DNA of 44,951 nt, from assembly GCA_049724395.1 (NCBI GenBank), contig JAUGWO010000129.1, forward strand, positions 124,001 through 168,951, read 5' to 3'. The position numbers were made by a program, and so were the translations under genes. Position 1 is the first letter of the stretch, and the number at the start of each line of letters is the position of its first letter. Positions 12,611-25,404 of this stretch are shown piece by piece. The DNA comes from Spongospora subterranea f. sp. subterranea (Eukaryota). Under the pieces are notes generated by a model that had not been told where the DNA came from, did not search any database, and worked only from the letters and a program-made list of their open reading frames with translations.

Positions 12611-13780
12611 TCAACAAGGGTTTACAGACAATGCACTACCGGTAATTCGGACCTGATTCCCGGAGTCATTCAAAACCTGCAAAACCATCCCAGCTCCTTC
12701 ACCGTGGTCTGTTCGCGAATTATCGATGACTTCCGTCAAACGGCTTTCGATGAGAATGCGCTCAACGACTCTGTTTACCGATGCATGATGACGGAAATCA
12801 AATTGGAAAATCATTAGTTGCCTGTATTCGCCAACTTTATTAGATACTGATTGCTGCACCAGCTCAAGTGCACATGCGTGTTATCCATGAGGTTTCCCAA
12901 TGTAAACTGAGCAACCGCGAAACAAAGAGAAATCGGGACATTTCAATCAGATGAACCTCAAAAACGAATTAGCAACAGTTGCAATGAGAATTTTGTGATA
13001 TATTCAACCTTTCCGCAAAGTGTTTAAACTAGAATGTATTGGCAGCAAATACGCGCAAGATGTGCCCTTTCGGCAAAAGGCTTGATGAGTTCCATGTGCA
13101 TACACGATACACCTGTGCCAAGTTCGTTACGTTGTATAAACTCGTCAGCTTGAGATGAATGTCAATACCAGGCTGCGTTTTTGCTCAACAATTTTCATCG
13201 TTGATCATCATGGTTGACCCAGATGAAAGCATAACAAGTTGTTTGAACAGCGAAAGCTGATACATATAGACAATACGTGTATGCACACTGTTTCATTTTA
13301 GGAAATCCGTCTCAGCGAAAAAAAAGCTCAACCTTCTGCTTCGCGGACTCGACTAGCAGCAGCAGCAATAGCCAGCAGGCCCAGCACTGTGCGGAATGAA
13401 GACGATAAGGCAATCACATAGATGGCCACTTCTCTGTGAATCCTGATGCTCTCGTTTATAATGACTTGTCTTCCATTTTTATTGGCAAAGAAAATCATTG
13501 TTACAAACAGACTGATTCTTACTAAAAGAACGGAACGAGCCTGTTCTGAGAGTTTGCCCAATAATTAACTCAGAGGTGGCTCCATCACCTTGAAACCAGA
13601 AAGAGCATCGAAGTTGACCCTGAAACAATTTCTGTAAACAGCATGATAGGTATCGCAGTATTTCAAGTATCTCCAAGAACACGGGGCTCTTTCGTTTGGC
13701 CTTCAAGTCCTCCACGACGCTATCACAGCCATATTCAACAAGATCAATTGCTGCATGGGCGTCGACCGCTGGCTGTATCC
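12611..13780 (-). CDS. Hypothetical multi-exon gene, function unknown, boundaries uncertain
   Basis: Several protein-like minus-strand segments (AVDAHAAIDLVEYGCDSVVEDLKAKRK; IALSSSFRTVLGLLAIAAAASRVREAE; VNRVVERILIESRLTEVIDNSR) are spaced as in neighbouring intron-rich genes. No family motif was recognised. Confidence 0.35.
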
Positions 13781-13965
13781 CTTTTCGAATTAGTCATTTG
13801 GCCCTATCAAACTCCAAGGCGTAGCGACTCCAGAACAAGAACCGAGCGAAATTTGAAATTTCTATTGATCGGCAACTTACCTTGACCGCAATTTGCGGGT
13901 GTACATACAGTAGACAGGTTAGTGACAGGTTTATTGATCTACGGAGAAATCAATGACGTGTAACG

Positions 13966-14341
13966 ATGGAGGCCGGTTCAGATGACGAGGACGTTGTCGA
14001 GTACGTGCTATTGCAGATACCCGATAAACCAGATTACTTGGTCAAGGAGCCTAAACTAGTTATCGGTGTATGCTCGGTTCTCATTACGTCGAAGCCTCGT
14101 TATTGAACTGCCCTTGCAGAATTTGGATACACCAACGCCGAATTTGACTGTTGGAAGGAAGCATCTCCATGGAAAATTTGAACCCATTCTGGGCACGTCC
14201 ATGATATTCGAAACACAAAAGGAAAAGCAGCAGCATGCTGTTTCAGAGGTGTTTGGAGCACCGCGACCTTCAGCACAAGAATCAAATTTGCAAAGTGTCC
14301 AATACTTAGGCAAAACTCTGAAACTTATCGTATTCAAATAA
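13966..14341 (+). CDS. TFIIIC subunit 6-like (GTF3C6/triple-barrel domain) protein, 2 exons, 107 aa
   Basis: Exon 13966-14067 (MEAGSDDEDVVEYVLLQIP...KLVIG), a 52-nt GT-AG intron at 14068-14119, then in frame NLDTPTPNLTVGRKHLHGKFEPILGTSMIF...YLGKTLKLIVFK. This matches the LDTxxPxLxVG...GxYExxLGTxxxF pattern of this family. Confidence 0.75.
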
Positions 14342-14568
14342 ACCGAAAATATCCAAAAGCCGCTGTGGCTGTCTGCGGTTTTTCTTATTGCAGTGTGGTC
14401 TCGTTAGCAACAATCTGTTGGGTTTCAAATAGGGTAGTTCCCGGTTCTGTTTTTGTTGTCAATATTTTGACTTGTAGTATATTCTAGCATTGTCTTAACA
14501 CTGCACCGTCTACGATGGAACAACACTTCTCTTTTGTTCGTCAGCAGCAACAATATCAGTGTTTCTCA

Positions 14569-15640
14569 TCAATGTCGATCTTCTCCTTCGTAAGGAATAT
14601 CGGTTACTTGCTTTGACGACGACATTTGAACTCGGTAGAGCACCTTCTGCAACTGAATTTCGTGATGAACGCCCCACTGAAATACCTCATCATACTCTAC
14701 CCAACTACGTGCTGGGGGGTGCCAGAACCTATCGTATACGACTAGGCCTTCACTCAAAGACGCTGCCAAATATGAATACGAGCTGTGCGCCATCAAGAGA
14801 ATATCGGCAGAGACTAAGGCATGAACCGTATATAGCGGATCTGCATCATAAACTATATGGAAAGGCGAGGAGTTGAACTCAGACATCTGGTCGGGTCGGC
14901 CTTGTGTGAAAATGATCACATTCAAAGGAATATCGGTCCGTTTGGCGATCTCCGTCGACAGATTTTCCAGTTTAGAAATTGTATAGTGGTTTGGAATGCA
15001 GCGAGACCGAACATGGTCAATTGTTTGACATGCGTCTACATCCCAACCCATGCGTACATGAACGGCAACATTGATCGCGTTGCGTTTGAACTCGGTGATG
15101 ATAGGTTTAGAGGAGCCCGAACGATATTTTGATATTAGCTGAGGACGGTACAGATCTAGCAGGTTCGGGTGCGAATCGATAACGCTAGTGTTCCCAGGAA
15201 TTTCTTCGAGAGCGATGTCATCGGGTATGTCGCCCAGCCGAATTTCGCCAGCACCAAGATTGAATAAGGCTTCGGCTGCGATGATGTTTACTCCCCATTC
15301 GGCGCCCGATATTGGCCTGTGAACATACTGGCAATCACCTTTGAATTGCGATTCGATCAAAGCGTTGATCCGCGCGTGGAGTTGGGCACCAATACCATCG
15401 GAGCGATCCCGGATGACACAAAGGCGGGAGTTGACAAGTGGGAAAGTCGCTGTCAATCGGACAGGAGGCGTAATTTGTTGGTCCGATTCACAACCAGTTG
15501 TAATAATCGGAAAAGCTTTCTTTTTCTAGGACACTGGCTGAAAGGTCTTCGGATTTCTGCAAGATGAAAGTGAGGACAGTGAAACCGAGTGTAAAGAACA
15601 CGATGGAAACACCAGCCCATTGACGAACGGTTGGACCCAT
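14569..15640 (-). CDS. Type II membrane fucosyltransferase-like glycosyltransferase (GT11/GT23-NodZ-like, GT-B)
   Basis: N-terminal TM exon MGPTVRQWAGVSIVFFTLGFTVLTFILQK (ATG 15640). The main ORF 14569-15456 has RSDGIGAQL, NVAVHVRMG (VHxR motif) and LVSADILLMAHSSYSYLAA (SSxSxxAA). The splice junction between the two parts is unresolved. Confidence 0.65.
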
Positions 15641-18581
15641 CGGAGAGAGAGAGGAACAGCAGAGACGAGGGAAACCAGAAGGGGAGATAGCGAAGGAGCC
15701 AGAAGGGCGTTCAATTATAGTCACAGTGTAGAGACAGGACTTGGAACATGCTGGCCCGACCGACACCTTTATCGTATCGGAATAATTGTTGCCTTCCCCA
15801 GTTTTACAGAGAGGTTTGCTATATGCAAAGTTAGAGACTTTAACATCAGGCGAAACCTACGTTGATGTTCACATGGATAACACCTCCTTGCGAAGTTGGG
15901 TGAATTTTGAACAGTGCGTTTTGACAGGTTTAATGTAAGGTATAATGAAGCTGAGGGTATTGTTCATTGATCTCAACTCCTCGGTAAACCGCCAGGAATC
16001 ATCAGGGCAATCTGCATTCGCTAGCCGGATTTGATTACTCTAAAAACCGATTTGACCTTGAAAACTGCAAAAATTCGTAAATATTTTGCTCTTCAATCAT
16101 TTATTCCGAATTGTTATGAACAAGCAGTAATGGCTACTGCTATACTTCTGATGGTATTACTGTACATGCATCAAAACCTTGGTGAAGCAAACCAGATTGG
16201 CATTGTTTATTTCTCGGATGACAATGAACTTTGGGTCAACGCCTTTCTTGGAGACTTTGACAATTCGCAAACTCATAAAGCTAAACCCCCTCTGGACTTT
16301 TTGTTTCCAAGCTTAAACCTTGCGGACGGTTGCAAGAATGTTCGACACTAATACAAGTCCAAGATGATTCAATTGGTCAAAATAGCAGAAAAGGAACAAA
16401 GATGCAAAGGAAAACTGAAGGAGAAGAGCAAAAGTACACCAAAATTAGCACTTCTTCGTAGAAAAACTGAACAGTATATTATTATGATCGATGGGCCGTA
16501 TTCTTCTCTTTAAACTGTGCAGATGTGCCGATGTTTAATCCAGACACGCCGTTGATATTCCTGACTCTGGCCCGCTGATCCCAACGCTTCCCGAAATTCA
16601 TCCAGCTAATGCTAATGGCTCGCCCTCGAACACGATTGGATTCACCAGGATCGGATAATAGAAAGAATGATTCGCCTCTCGCGGCGTGCCTAATGGACAG
16701 CTCCGTATTTTAGAACAGACAAAGCGGCATCCTGCTCAACGTGTGCTTCAATTTTTTGGACTTCCTCCGCGTGATCACTCGTCCGAGTTATCCTGATCGA
16801 TTGTGATCGTGTAATGGATCTTGATGACTGATCGCATCCACATGTTTCATGTACTGGTAGCGTTTTTTGTGGAGGAGGGGAAAAAGGAAGGAGAAGAAGG
16901 GAAAACAAAGGAGGAAAAGGGCTTCAGGAAGAAGAAGAAAGACTGTGACAAAACCGGAGGAGTACATTTTTGTTTATTGCAATAGATTGGAGCAATGAGA
17001 AAGTGATGTGGACGAGATGTTGGATCAACAGTATGTACATTGGCGAAGCGGGAATGTACGACCAATGCTGGTCGAATTGCAACTCGCGATTAGAGTTCCA
17101 ACCTGTGAAGGATGACAAAGTCAGAGCATCCGCGAAAGCAAGGCATCAGACTTCTGGAGGCCATTCTCCGTTGTTACTCGAGCAGTGAGCGTCTCTCGTC
17201 AGAACTTATCCAAAAATTATTGCTGCGGGACCTGCCGGCGGTGTGATACAATTTGTGAAGCGTTCCTTATGAGTAGTGGGACAAAATAACGTTTTTGCAG
17301 TAACGACTCGTAAAGAGTGATCTGTTTTACATGAATCGTCGCGATATCGCGTGATGAGATTGGCCGAAGGAAACGCGTTCGAGTGTCTCTGGCCACTGCT
17401 TATCATCGAAGCACTTCATCAAAAACCAGCTCAACATATACCCCTCGCTCAACATAACGTTGCCGCAATTCAACCACGATTGGTTGTCGCTCATCATTGA
17501 ATGTGATTGTAATCCAACAGTGTGATGCGTAATGTTTCCGCTGTTCCAGCAGAGGACAGGCGAGAATTTTCCACAATTCAAAGGGGTCAGTTTATCTGCA
17601 ATTGGCCGGAGACGTTGTTGTTGCGATCTGCGAAAAAACGCATGCCGACAATTCTGCTATTGAACCAGTGGATAAATGGCTTCGGTTAAATTTCACTCCC
17701 AAGGTTCCCGCAAACATCTGAGAACAGGGAGTGCTGATCAATGTGAACTGATTGGAGCCCTCGCACGCCGCAAGTTTGTAGAATGTCAAACGTGAACCGT
17801 GCAAAATGCTGCTGTTTCATAAATATTGCAATCCTGACAGTTCGATTGGGGGCGGCGCGGTTGCTGACTTGTCAAACAACAACTGTAGCAGATTGAATGA
17901 CAAGCCTCGGGTCATACAGCTGAACCGGATAGTTCAGACTTATTGAGCCATCTTGGCCTACAAGAAGTTCATGGATGGCACTAAACGAAACCCCACAGTC
18001 GCCTAAGTTCATGACAGATGACTTTGGTGGTCAGGACCATGGCGTCGGACTCCAACAAGTCGACATGTCAAGGCGCTGACATCAGCTTGTACTTTGAATT
18101 AGACGAAACATTGCACTTTGGGCATTTCCCGCCACTGATGTTAAGTCAAATTGCTGCTCAGCATGTATATCTGATGAACAATAGATTTTGACGTAGTCAA
18201 TTGAACCCTTGTCGAAACAGGACTTGGATTGAAATGGAGCTGTTGACATAACCCTCAAGAACGTGTTATAAAAAATCCAAATACAAGCATCAATAACGGC
18301 GTCTAAATTCTCACCAACACCCTGTCTAAGTCTAATAGTTTCAGATTCAGGCGGTTTCAGTCATATGTGAGTGTGGCCTGCTGCCTGCCCCAGAGGGTGT
18401 GCACTGTACAATATAAGGTCCAGTACAACTGCACTATTTCCTACAGTGACTTTCTCTCTTTTCGCAGATGCCAAACAATTCAAATTCTGTTAAATTCCCT
18501 CGCTTTCAACAGAGTTGGTGACAAAACCTTTTTTCACAGAAAGCGAACAAAATTCAACGTTTTGACATACTTCGGTGGGCA

Positions 18582-21452
18582 ATGTCTTGTTCTCGACCCA
18601 GAGTAGCTGGCGTTATTGTATCCCTCAGCATTGTCAGCCTGATTGCTGTCGGCATGTTGGCGATCACATCAGGTAGATCAACTGATCCAACAGTGCAGCA
18701 TGCCCCCCTTTACAATGAAATCGAAGACACCAACCTTGATTTGCATTTCAACGATTTTGAGCCAGATTTAAGCAAGCGTGATGAAATTGCTTCACATACC
18801 AATGCATTCAACTCCACTATCAAACCTGATGAAAAACAAATTGAAGATACGTTCGTATCTCGTTATCGTGAGAATTGGAATTCAATACGGGAATGCCTCT
18901 TGTACCAGCATCAATCCTTATCAACAAGCGGCGAACCCTCTCAAGATCCCAGTTATCGGGGTAAGGTCGTCGACAACTGCAGTGACCATATATCAAATGG
19001 AGTATGTCAATACCATACCCTGTTAGCAGATGTGCATTCTTTTCAGCGGCGACTTATGCATTCATTGCCTCAAGCTGACCTGCAGGAAGCCGTTGAGGAC
19101 TGTCTCACCCGTTTCTCTTGGGCACATACTCCTCAGGCTCACTCGAGTATTCGCTGCGATACCATCGGTTTTGGGTCTTATGGCTCTGATGGAGCATGTG
19201 CCTGTACTCTAACAAAGGTCTCGTTTCCAACTCCAAATACCATCAGGGTATTCGCTGCCAATGACCAGGACGCTGATCATATACGTGAATCACTTCACAG
19301 ATGCAATGCCGTTCGCGATGGAATCCAGCTGGAGATCACGAAAGAACACAACTCGCTTGAAATCTCCAATCAGACTCTATATTTTAGTACAGCGGCGTCC
19401 AATGGCATCAATCGTATCCAGCAATTAATCATGTTCGCCGATCTTTTGAATGACGACCAGGGAATCCAATGGAGGATCCCAGTAAACATCCAGGATCCTA
19501 AATTCGGTCTGGCAATACAGGCATTAGACGACCTGTTCCCGTTTCGTGTTGTTTCTCAAGACCAATGCAGTTCGTGCGTGTTTGCCGCCGTCACCATAGG
19601 CGTCAGCGGTTGGATATACGAGGCGACTGGAACCTTACGAGGCCATCCAATACTCTACAGCCGCGCCCGTAATATACTTCATCTTCTTCGTGGCCGTCTT
19701 TCCGCCTATATTGATGATATCGCCGCTCACCAATCAATGTTCGCTTACAGCAATTTGGCGGCTTATTCCGAATCCAATCGTGTTGGGGTCCTTGGTCTTA
19801 TCAGTTTCATGTCGTATATATTTGTTGACGGGTCGGCTGCTGTATTCCAGGGGGCTCGTTCGTTGGGGTTTGAGACCATGCGCTTCGATGCTGATCGTGA
19901 TCCATGGCGAGAGCGTGTTCTGGCACATCAACGTACCACTGTTCTATATGCAACACGTCCAGATTATATTGACGAGGTGCGTCTGAATGTAAATCCATCA
20001 GGTTTCCAAAAAAAGACGCCCATGATTGTTTCTAGATGATAGCCTTGCCAGTCGGAGCGTCAATATTCCTCAGCGATGGCGCCAATAGCGATTCGATAGA
20101 AACCATTGCGTCGATGTTGGGTTTATCTGTGTCTATCAAGCGCAGTGAACAATGGTCTTTAAATGCGGCCAGAAAAGCTCTACATGTGGCTCGTGAGCGA
20201 GTAGCGACCTGGCATGATTCGGCCGCATCACCACAATTTCAAAATATACCTGAGGTTTCGCAACTGGACTGGTTCAAGCAGGACACGAGCAATTTATCGG
20301 GAAGGTTCCGCGCCAGGACCCGAACCCGTTCAGCTCCCCATATCGATATCTATCGACGATCTGTGTATGGGGGCCAAGGGCGCGTCTCGTTCGATAAACC
20401 GATATTTGAGGATCGCGAGCCAACCATCATTCCGGGATTGACTTTCATCGTGACGGAGCCTGTTTCGCATCTAGCTCATTGGGTGGAATATGCGGTTTTC
20501 CCAGCTGTTTACGCCATCGCTGCTCGCCATGGTCAAGTGCCAAAGTTCAACCAATATCGCGTTGTGTCAATGTCTGCCAACATCGCTCACCCGTTGATGA
20601 GCGCCATCGAATCTGCTGTTGCGTCGTTTATGCAACCCGCTCAGGCGAAATTCTCGCCGTTCCCTAACGGTGACGCCCACGTTATGTATGAATACGCGAT
20701 CGAGGTCGATGTCAGGCACGGAATCACAAGGCTTTATCCGACTGCATTAGACGATATCAGATCGCGCTTGAACGAGATCGTCTCAGGAAAACCTCTGCCA
20801 CCGGCCACTAGGCATGTTCCACCCTGCCGAATCCATCTAGTGAACAGGAAACCGCACGAGGGAAGGAGTATCTTGCAGATCGACATCCTTAGAGAAGCGC
20901 TCAAGAATGCTACAGGACTACCTGGTAAGAATTCGGTATTCTGTGGGGCTTTTAATAACCATGACCATTCGTTCAAGTTGTGGACGTGGAGTTTTCGCCA
21001 TCTGACGGAGTCGGTGACGTGATCGATCGCGTATTCGGTGATGGGAGTGCTGTCTTATCGATAATGCCTGAAGGAAATGGTATGACCAATTACATGTTTG
21101 CCCCACGAGGATCGGGTATTCTCTATATCACGCCCAATCAGTGGACTGGTGCCGATTCAACTTGGCTGGTAATCATAACCCGATCGTTAAATTTCGTCTT
21201 GCAATTTGATGTCGAACATGTTTTCAGCCACATTTTCCGTTTGAATCTGGTCTCGATTCCACTCGACTCGTTGTATCCTCGAATTCGGAACAGAACCGAA
21301 TATCCAGTGCCTGCATCGAAGGCGGATTATCAGTGCGATGGGATCATCGACTAGACGCCAGGGGCCTAAATCTCGACATTCAATTTATAATGCCTGATAT
21401 TCTCCTGAAAGTCGATCGATATATGCGAGATAATGCTCGACATTGTATGTGA
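18582..21452 (+). CDS. Type II membrane protein with a GT61-like (DUF563) domain and a probable second degenerate copy; 4 exons
   Basis: N-terminal TM (VAGVIVSLSIVSLIAVGMLAIT). Frame-consistent introns at 19977-20035, 20925-20977 and 21169-21227 give a continuous ORF to TGA 21452. GT61-like motifs: SHLAHWVEYAVFP, RIHLVNRK...RSILQIDIL and IMPEGNGMTNYMFAPRGSGILYI. Confidence 0.72.
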
Positions 21453-22331
21453 TCAAGGCCAAGCCGTAGTTTCAGGTGTAGTTCAGTCTGTTGGTCCGCT
21501 CGTATGAAATTATGTGATAAAACCTTCAGTGTTGATTGGCGACGTCAGAGTCTGCAGATAGAACATACCTGAAGGTCAAGTATTGCCAAGAACAAATCTA
21601 TAGTTCACAAACCTTGAAAAACTCGGATTTTCGATGATTGATTTTGTTGCGGAGGAATTTGCTCTAAATCTGGTCGATACCGTGCCGTACGTTAACCCAG
21701 GTAATTGATCGAATCAGACGACACATCTGTTCCAGCGTTGGGGCGTATTCTTGCAGCGGTCAACATCGGTTGAAACACAATAACGCCAAATCCCCACTGC
21801 AGTGCCCCTCCACCTTCCTGTCCCAAACATGGCGACAGAAGTTCCTGTTTCACTTTGATTGTTATTACGTGACACAACCGATTCTTTGTCCCGTTCTTTC
21901 CTGGTATCTTTATGAGAGAGGGGAATGTCCATCCCCTCTGTGCTCTCTGTACTATAACGAGAACTATATGTCCCTTGTTCAATAATTCATTCTTTATACA
22001 CTCTCAAGAACTCACGTAAACTTTTGTTGACACATTTTCACCTCTGACATCGTCAATAGACCTACAGATATTATCGCACCCTCACATCTTGAGGCCGCTC
22101 TGCCCCGTCATGCAGTGTGGATAATATTTGACGCCCGACGAGTATAACAAATCAACACAGACAACAACAGTGCCGCCGACAGAAGCTCTGGTCAGTTTTT
22201 TTGGTTGATTATATCCGGCATTGCCAACCGTCGACACAAACCGCTGTTTGCTCGGACATTGAGCTACATTCCTCCCACGTTTTTTTGAACGGGCCAAAAC
22301 CTTTGGTTGATGTGGTGTAAAAATACAATAA

Positions 22332-23621
22332 CTACTTGTAATAATGTAATGATGTTGAGTTTTTATCGGCAAGAGCTTGTTGTAGAATCATATCTAAATC
22401 TGATCGAATACAGTGCTGTAGCCGGTGGTACCAGACTACGACGCGCATCTGCAAATCGTCTAGTAGCTGTTTGTCCCCCTCCAGCATTGCCTTCATGGAT
22501 TCGGCTGCGCTTGCCCAGTCCTTGGCGATAATCCCGGGGACCGTCTCAAACGATACCCTGGTGAAATCCGATTCCAGCATGACCGGTATAGCGCCTTGGT
22601 CAATTGCTTCGGCCAATCTATGGGTCTCTGGGTTATTACCAGCCGGAATCAGAGCGAACACACTATTAGCAATTCGTTCAAAACCGTATCGATATGGAGT
22701 TAAACTGCCGCCGAAATCATTCTCGACTTGAATATCGTAGTTCGATATGATCTTTCGCGTGACCTCGATCATCTCCGATCGATCAGCTCGTAATGACCCA
22801 ATGAACACTGCAGTGTTGGGCCTTTTAGATGCAGGCCAATGGGAACCTGGTTGGTGATGACTATCGAGGTTGCCCAACCCTCGTCCTTGCAAGAATAGCC
22901 AATGAATTCCAAGAAGAGGCTCACCAGGTTGTGCAGGTTCAGGTGGCCATTCTGGTCCAGTACCGCATGAGATATTACCCAGTGCATATAGATTCAGACC
23001 AGGTTGATTCTGCAATTGAGGGAAGTAGTAATTTCGCAGGACGTAATCGAACGCCGAGTACACAGCGACATTCTGCTGATTAGTCTCGTCGGCCATTAAT
23101 AGTAATCCAACGGAATGGGGATAGCCTTTAGCCCAGGATATGATCTTAGAGTTAGGCTCCATCCACCTGCTGACAATGAGCACGTGCGAATCCAGGCCCA
23201 ACGATGACAGATCATCGCCCTTGAACGAGACATAACGCCATCGGATTGTGGACGGCAGTAGGGAGTGGATGAAAGCACAGTTGTCAGGGCAACTGCCGCG
23301 ATCGGCGTCAATAGCGATCGTGAGGAAACGATCGAATTCGCTAGTAGTAGAGTAAAACTCGGAATGGATGGAGTTGATGGGTTGACTATAATACGTTCTG
23401 ATGGCAACTGTGAAGATAACGTTTATGAATGAGACGAGAAATAGAATAAATAGGATTGAGCGCAGCTGAGGACGCATATCGTTCAATCGTTTTCTGAAAC
23501 TGCCCAAACATGATTCATTCCTGGGTGGATGCTGGCCCTCAATGCAGCATTCCTCCAAGGCGAATCCGCTGACAGTTCCGTCTTCCGACGATCTCCGAGA
23601 GACAAGAAAGGGATCCCCCAT
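22332..23621 (-). CDS. Type II membrane GT47/exostosin-like glycosyltransferase (RXYLT1/TMEM5-like C-terminus); intronless
   Basis: TM ILFILFLVSFINVIFTVAI; LLMADE, FDYVLRNYY, AVFIGS and SVFALIPAGNNPETHRLAEAIDQGAIPVM (the SxFxLxPxG...RxxEA...GxIPV signature). The start is ATG 23621 or 23477. Confidence 0.8.
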   Translation of the reverse strand: MGDPFLVSRRSSEDGTVSGFALEECCIEGQHPPRNESCLGSFRKRLNDMRPQLRSILFILFLVSFINVIFTVAIRTYYSQPINSIHSEFYSTTSEFDRFLTIAIDADRGSCPDNCAFIHSLLPSTIRWRYVSFKGDDLSSLGLDSHVLIVSRWMEPNSKIISWAKGYPHSVGLLLMADETNQQNVAVYSAFDYVLRNYYFPQLQNQPGLNLYALGNISCGTGPEWPPEPAQPGEPLLGIHWLFLQGRGLGNLDSHHQPGSHWPASKRPNTAVFIGSLRADRSEMIEVTRKIISNYDIQVENDFGGSLTPYRYGFERIANSVFALIPAGNNPETHRLAEAIDQGAIPVMLESDFTRVSFETVPGIIAKDWASAAESMKAMLEGDKQLLDDLQMRVVVWYHRLQHCIRSDLDMILQQALADKNSTSLHYYK

Positions 23622-24042
23622 TAATACAGGAAAGCGCCTGGTGTGTAGGCGGGTGGTGCCCGGTAAACCGCAGGCAGGCAGCAGGAAGTGGGCACCAGGC
23701 AACTGGCTGGCCAGGCCCCAAGAGCCCATCAGTGTAACACTAATGGCAGAGGGTAACACCATTGACCGGGTGAGGACAGGTCAACTTGAGTTGGCCCAAT
23801 GGGGACAACGCGACAGGGATTAGAGCTTACACCAACGCGCGATCTATGAACAGAAGGAAGCCCACCAGTGATATGAATCTTTGACACTCAATTTGACTCC
23901 TCGTTCGCTGTTGCTGCTGCTGCTACTGTTGATCGCCGTTGACCTGGTTGGTGTATTTGGCGGTGATCAGTGAGAACATCTTCTGGCGCTGTTTGACCAC
24001 ATCAATACCCACATGAAAACCGTTATTTACTGGAGTATTAGT

Positions 24043-25404
24043 TTATGTATATGCATTATCGAATCTGATCAACCCGGCTAATATTGATTTAGCCAGTATG
24101 TTCCCATCACAATCATTACCGCATCGAATCCATTTCACGTCAATATACGGTAGATTATTCCACATGGCGAAATCCAGCATCTCTCGATCACCCCATAATT
24201 GAATCAGTGTTGATCCTTTCGGTAGCCACATTGCTGCGAAGCTAGCGCCACCTCCGGTCACCACTAGCACCTTGGTCGTGGCCATGTACTCCATTTGTTC
24301 AGGCCACGACATCTCGGCCAACACTCGACCTGGATCCACATCATAGCTTGTCAGGTTCCTGGCCTTGAACAGGCCATCGAGTGAGGCCACCGCCCCTTTG
24401 TAATCCTTCTGCCCGGCGCCGCCATGGATGGACTTCACCATGAACACGACATCATGTCGTCCTGTTATTGGCCTGATATTATCAGGAAGACCCCCTTTCC
24501 TCATGAACTCATTCCTGAATCGCCAATACACATGTCCATGACCCACATTCTGCAGATCGTATTGCCCAAACTTCTCCTGATTCATTCTGTAGTTCCCGTG
24601 TTCTGTTAGATCTAATCCATGATCTGATATATATCCTGTACCAGCCACCACGTCTTTCATACAGATGAGTTTACCGGCCTCTTTAACCCGACCAGAATAT
24701 ACGTCTTGTAATACTTCCACATCCACACCGTTCGTGAATACATTCGCCACCTTTTTGTACAGTCGATCGCAATGATCACGGTTAGGAAGGCGCCCAACAC
24801 TCGCCATCCAATCGCAGTTGCACTTCCATGGCTTTCGGGTTCGAAAGCGAAGCGGGCGAGGCTGGCGCCCTTCAACCCCGAACATCTCCATCAGGCGAAA
24901 CCAGGGGAAGATCACGTCCGACACAAGATGGCCAAAGTTTTCTGCATTATACTCCACATAGATGATGGCGACAGAGTTGTTGACCGGGTCTAGCCATATA
25001 ACATCGTCAGGGATTGGGCCTTGTCGAACGACGGTCACGTTCAACGGGACAGGTTGGTCCAGAATTGGGATTCCCAAGACTGTGGCGCAAACGGTCATCT
25101 TATCGGCGTCCACATCATCGTCATCGGCGGCGAAATACAAAAGTTTTCCGTCGGCGTTGCCATCGTAGCAAACATTACGGTAGTGACAACTGCGAAACTT
25201 CCAGGCATCCGGGGTCGTTGTGTCCCCAACACATTGTCGCCAAGAATATGGCGATCTGATCGGTTGATCAACCAAGGCTTGCTGAACCCGATCACCTCGA
25301 TGGGCGGTGGTGTCTGTCTGACTCAATTTCATATAGAACAGGAATACCATCGTTAGCGAGGCTGAAAATATGCCAAACACTCCCAGGCGATGTTTCGACA
25401 TCAT
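24043..25404 (-). CDS. Type II membrane GT61-like glycosyltransferase; intronless
   Basis: TM LGVFGIFSASLTMVFLFYM; RSCHYRNVCY, NFGHLVSDVIFPWF and EQMEYMATTKVLVVTGGGASFAAMWLPKGSTLIQL, all typical of GT61. Confidence 0.85.
   Translation of the reverse strand: MMSKHRLGVFGIFSASLTMVFLFYMKLSQTDTTAHRGDRVQQALVDQPIRSPYSWRQCVGDTTTPDAWKFRSCHYRNVCYDGNADGKLLYFAADDDDVDADKMTVCATVLGIPILDQPVPLNVTVVRQGPIPDDVIWLDPVNNSVAIIYVEYNAENFGHLVSDVIFPWFRLMEMFGVEGRQPRPLRFRTRKPWKCNCDWMASVGRLPNRDHCDRLYKKVANVFTNGVDVEVLQDVYSGRVKEAGKLICMKDVVAGTGYISDHGLDLTEHGNYRMNQEKFGQYDLQNVGHGHVYWRFRNEFMRKGGLPDNIRPITGRHDVVFMVKSIHGGAGQKDYKGAVASLDGLFKARNLTSYDVDPGRVLAEMSWPEQMEYMATTKVLVVTGGGASFAAMWLPKGSTLIQLWGDREMLDFAMWNNLPYIDVKWIRCGNDCDGNILAKSILAGLIRFDNAYT

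Noticed and set aside
15850..18360. Gene or TE in the gap within the glycan cluster, including the purine-rich tract at 16870-16940
   Set aside because: Only short interrupted ORFs with no recognisable motif; probably decayed sequence, but no call can be supported.
21340..21360. Apparent frameshift at the end of the GT61-like gene
   Set aside because: Resolved by the 59-nt intron at 21169-21227, which gives a continuous frame to 21452.
23622..23762. Longer N-terminus of the GT47 ORF
   Set aside because: It depends on a non-ATG start or a weakly supported upstream Met; likely 5' UTR.
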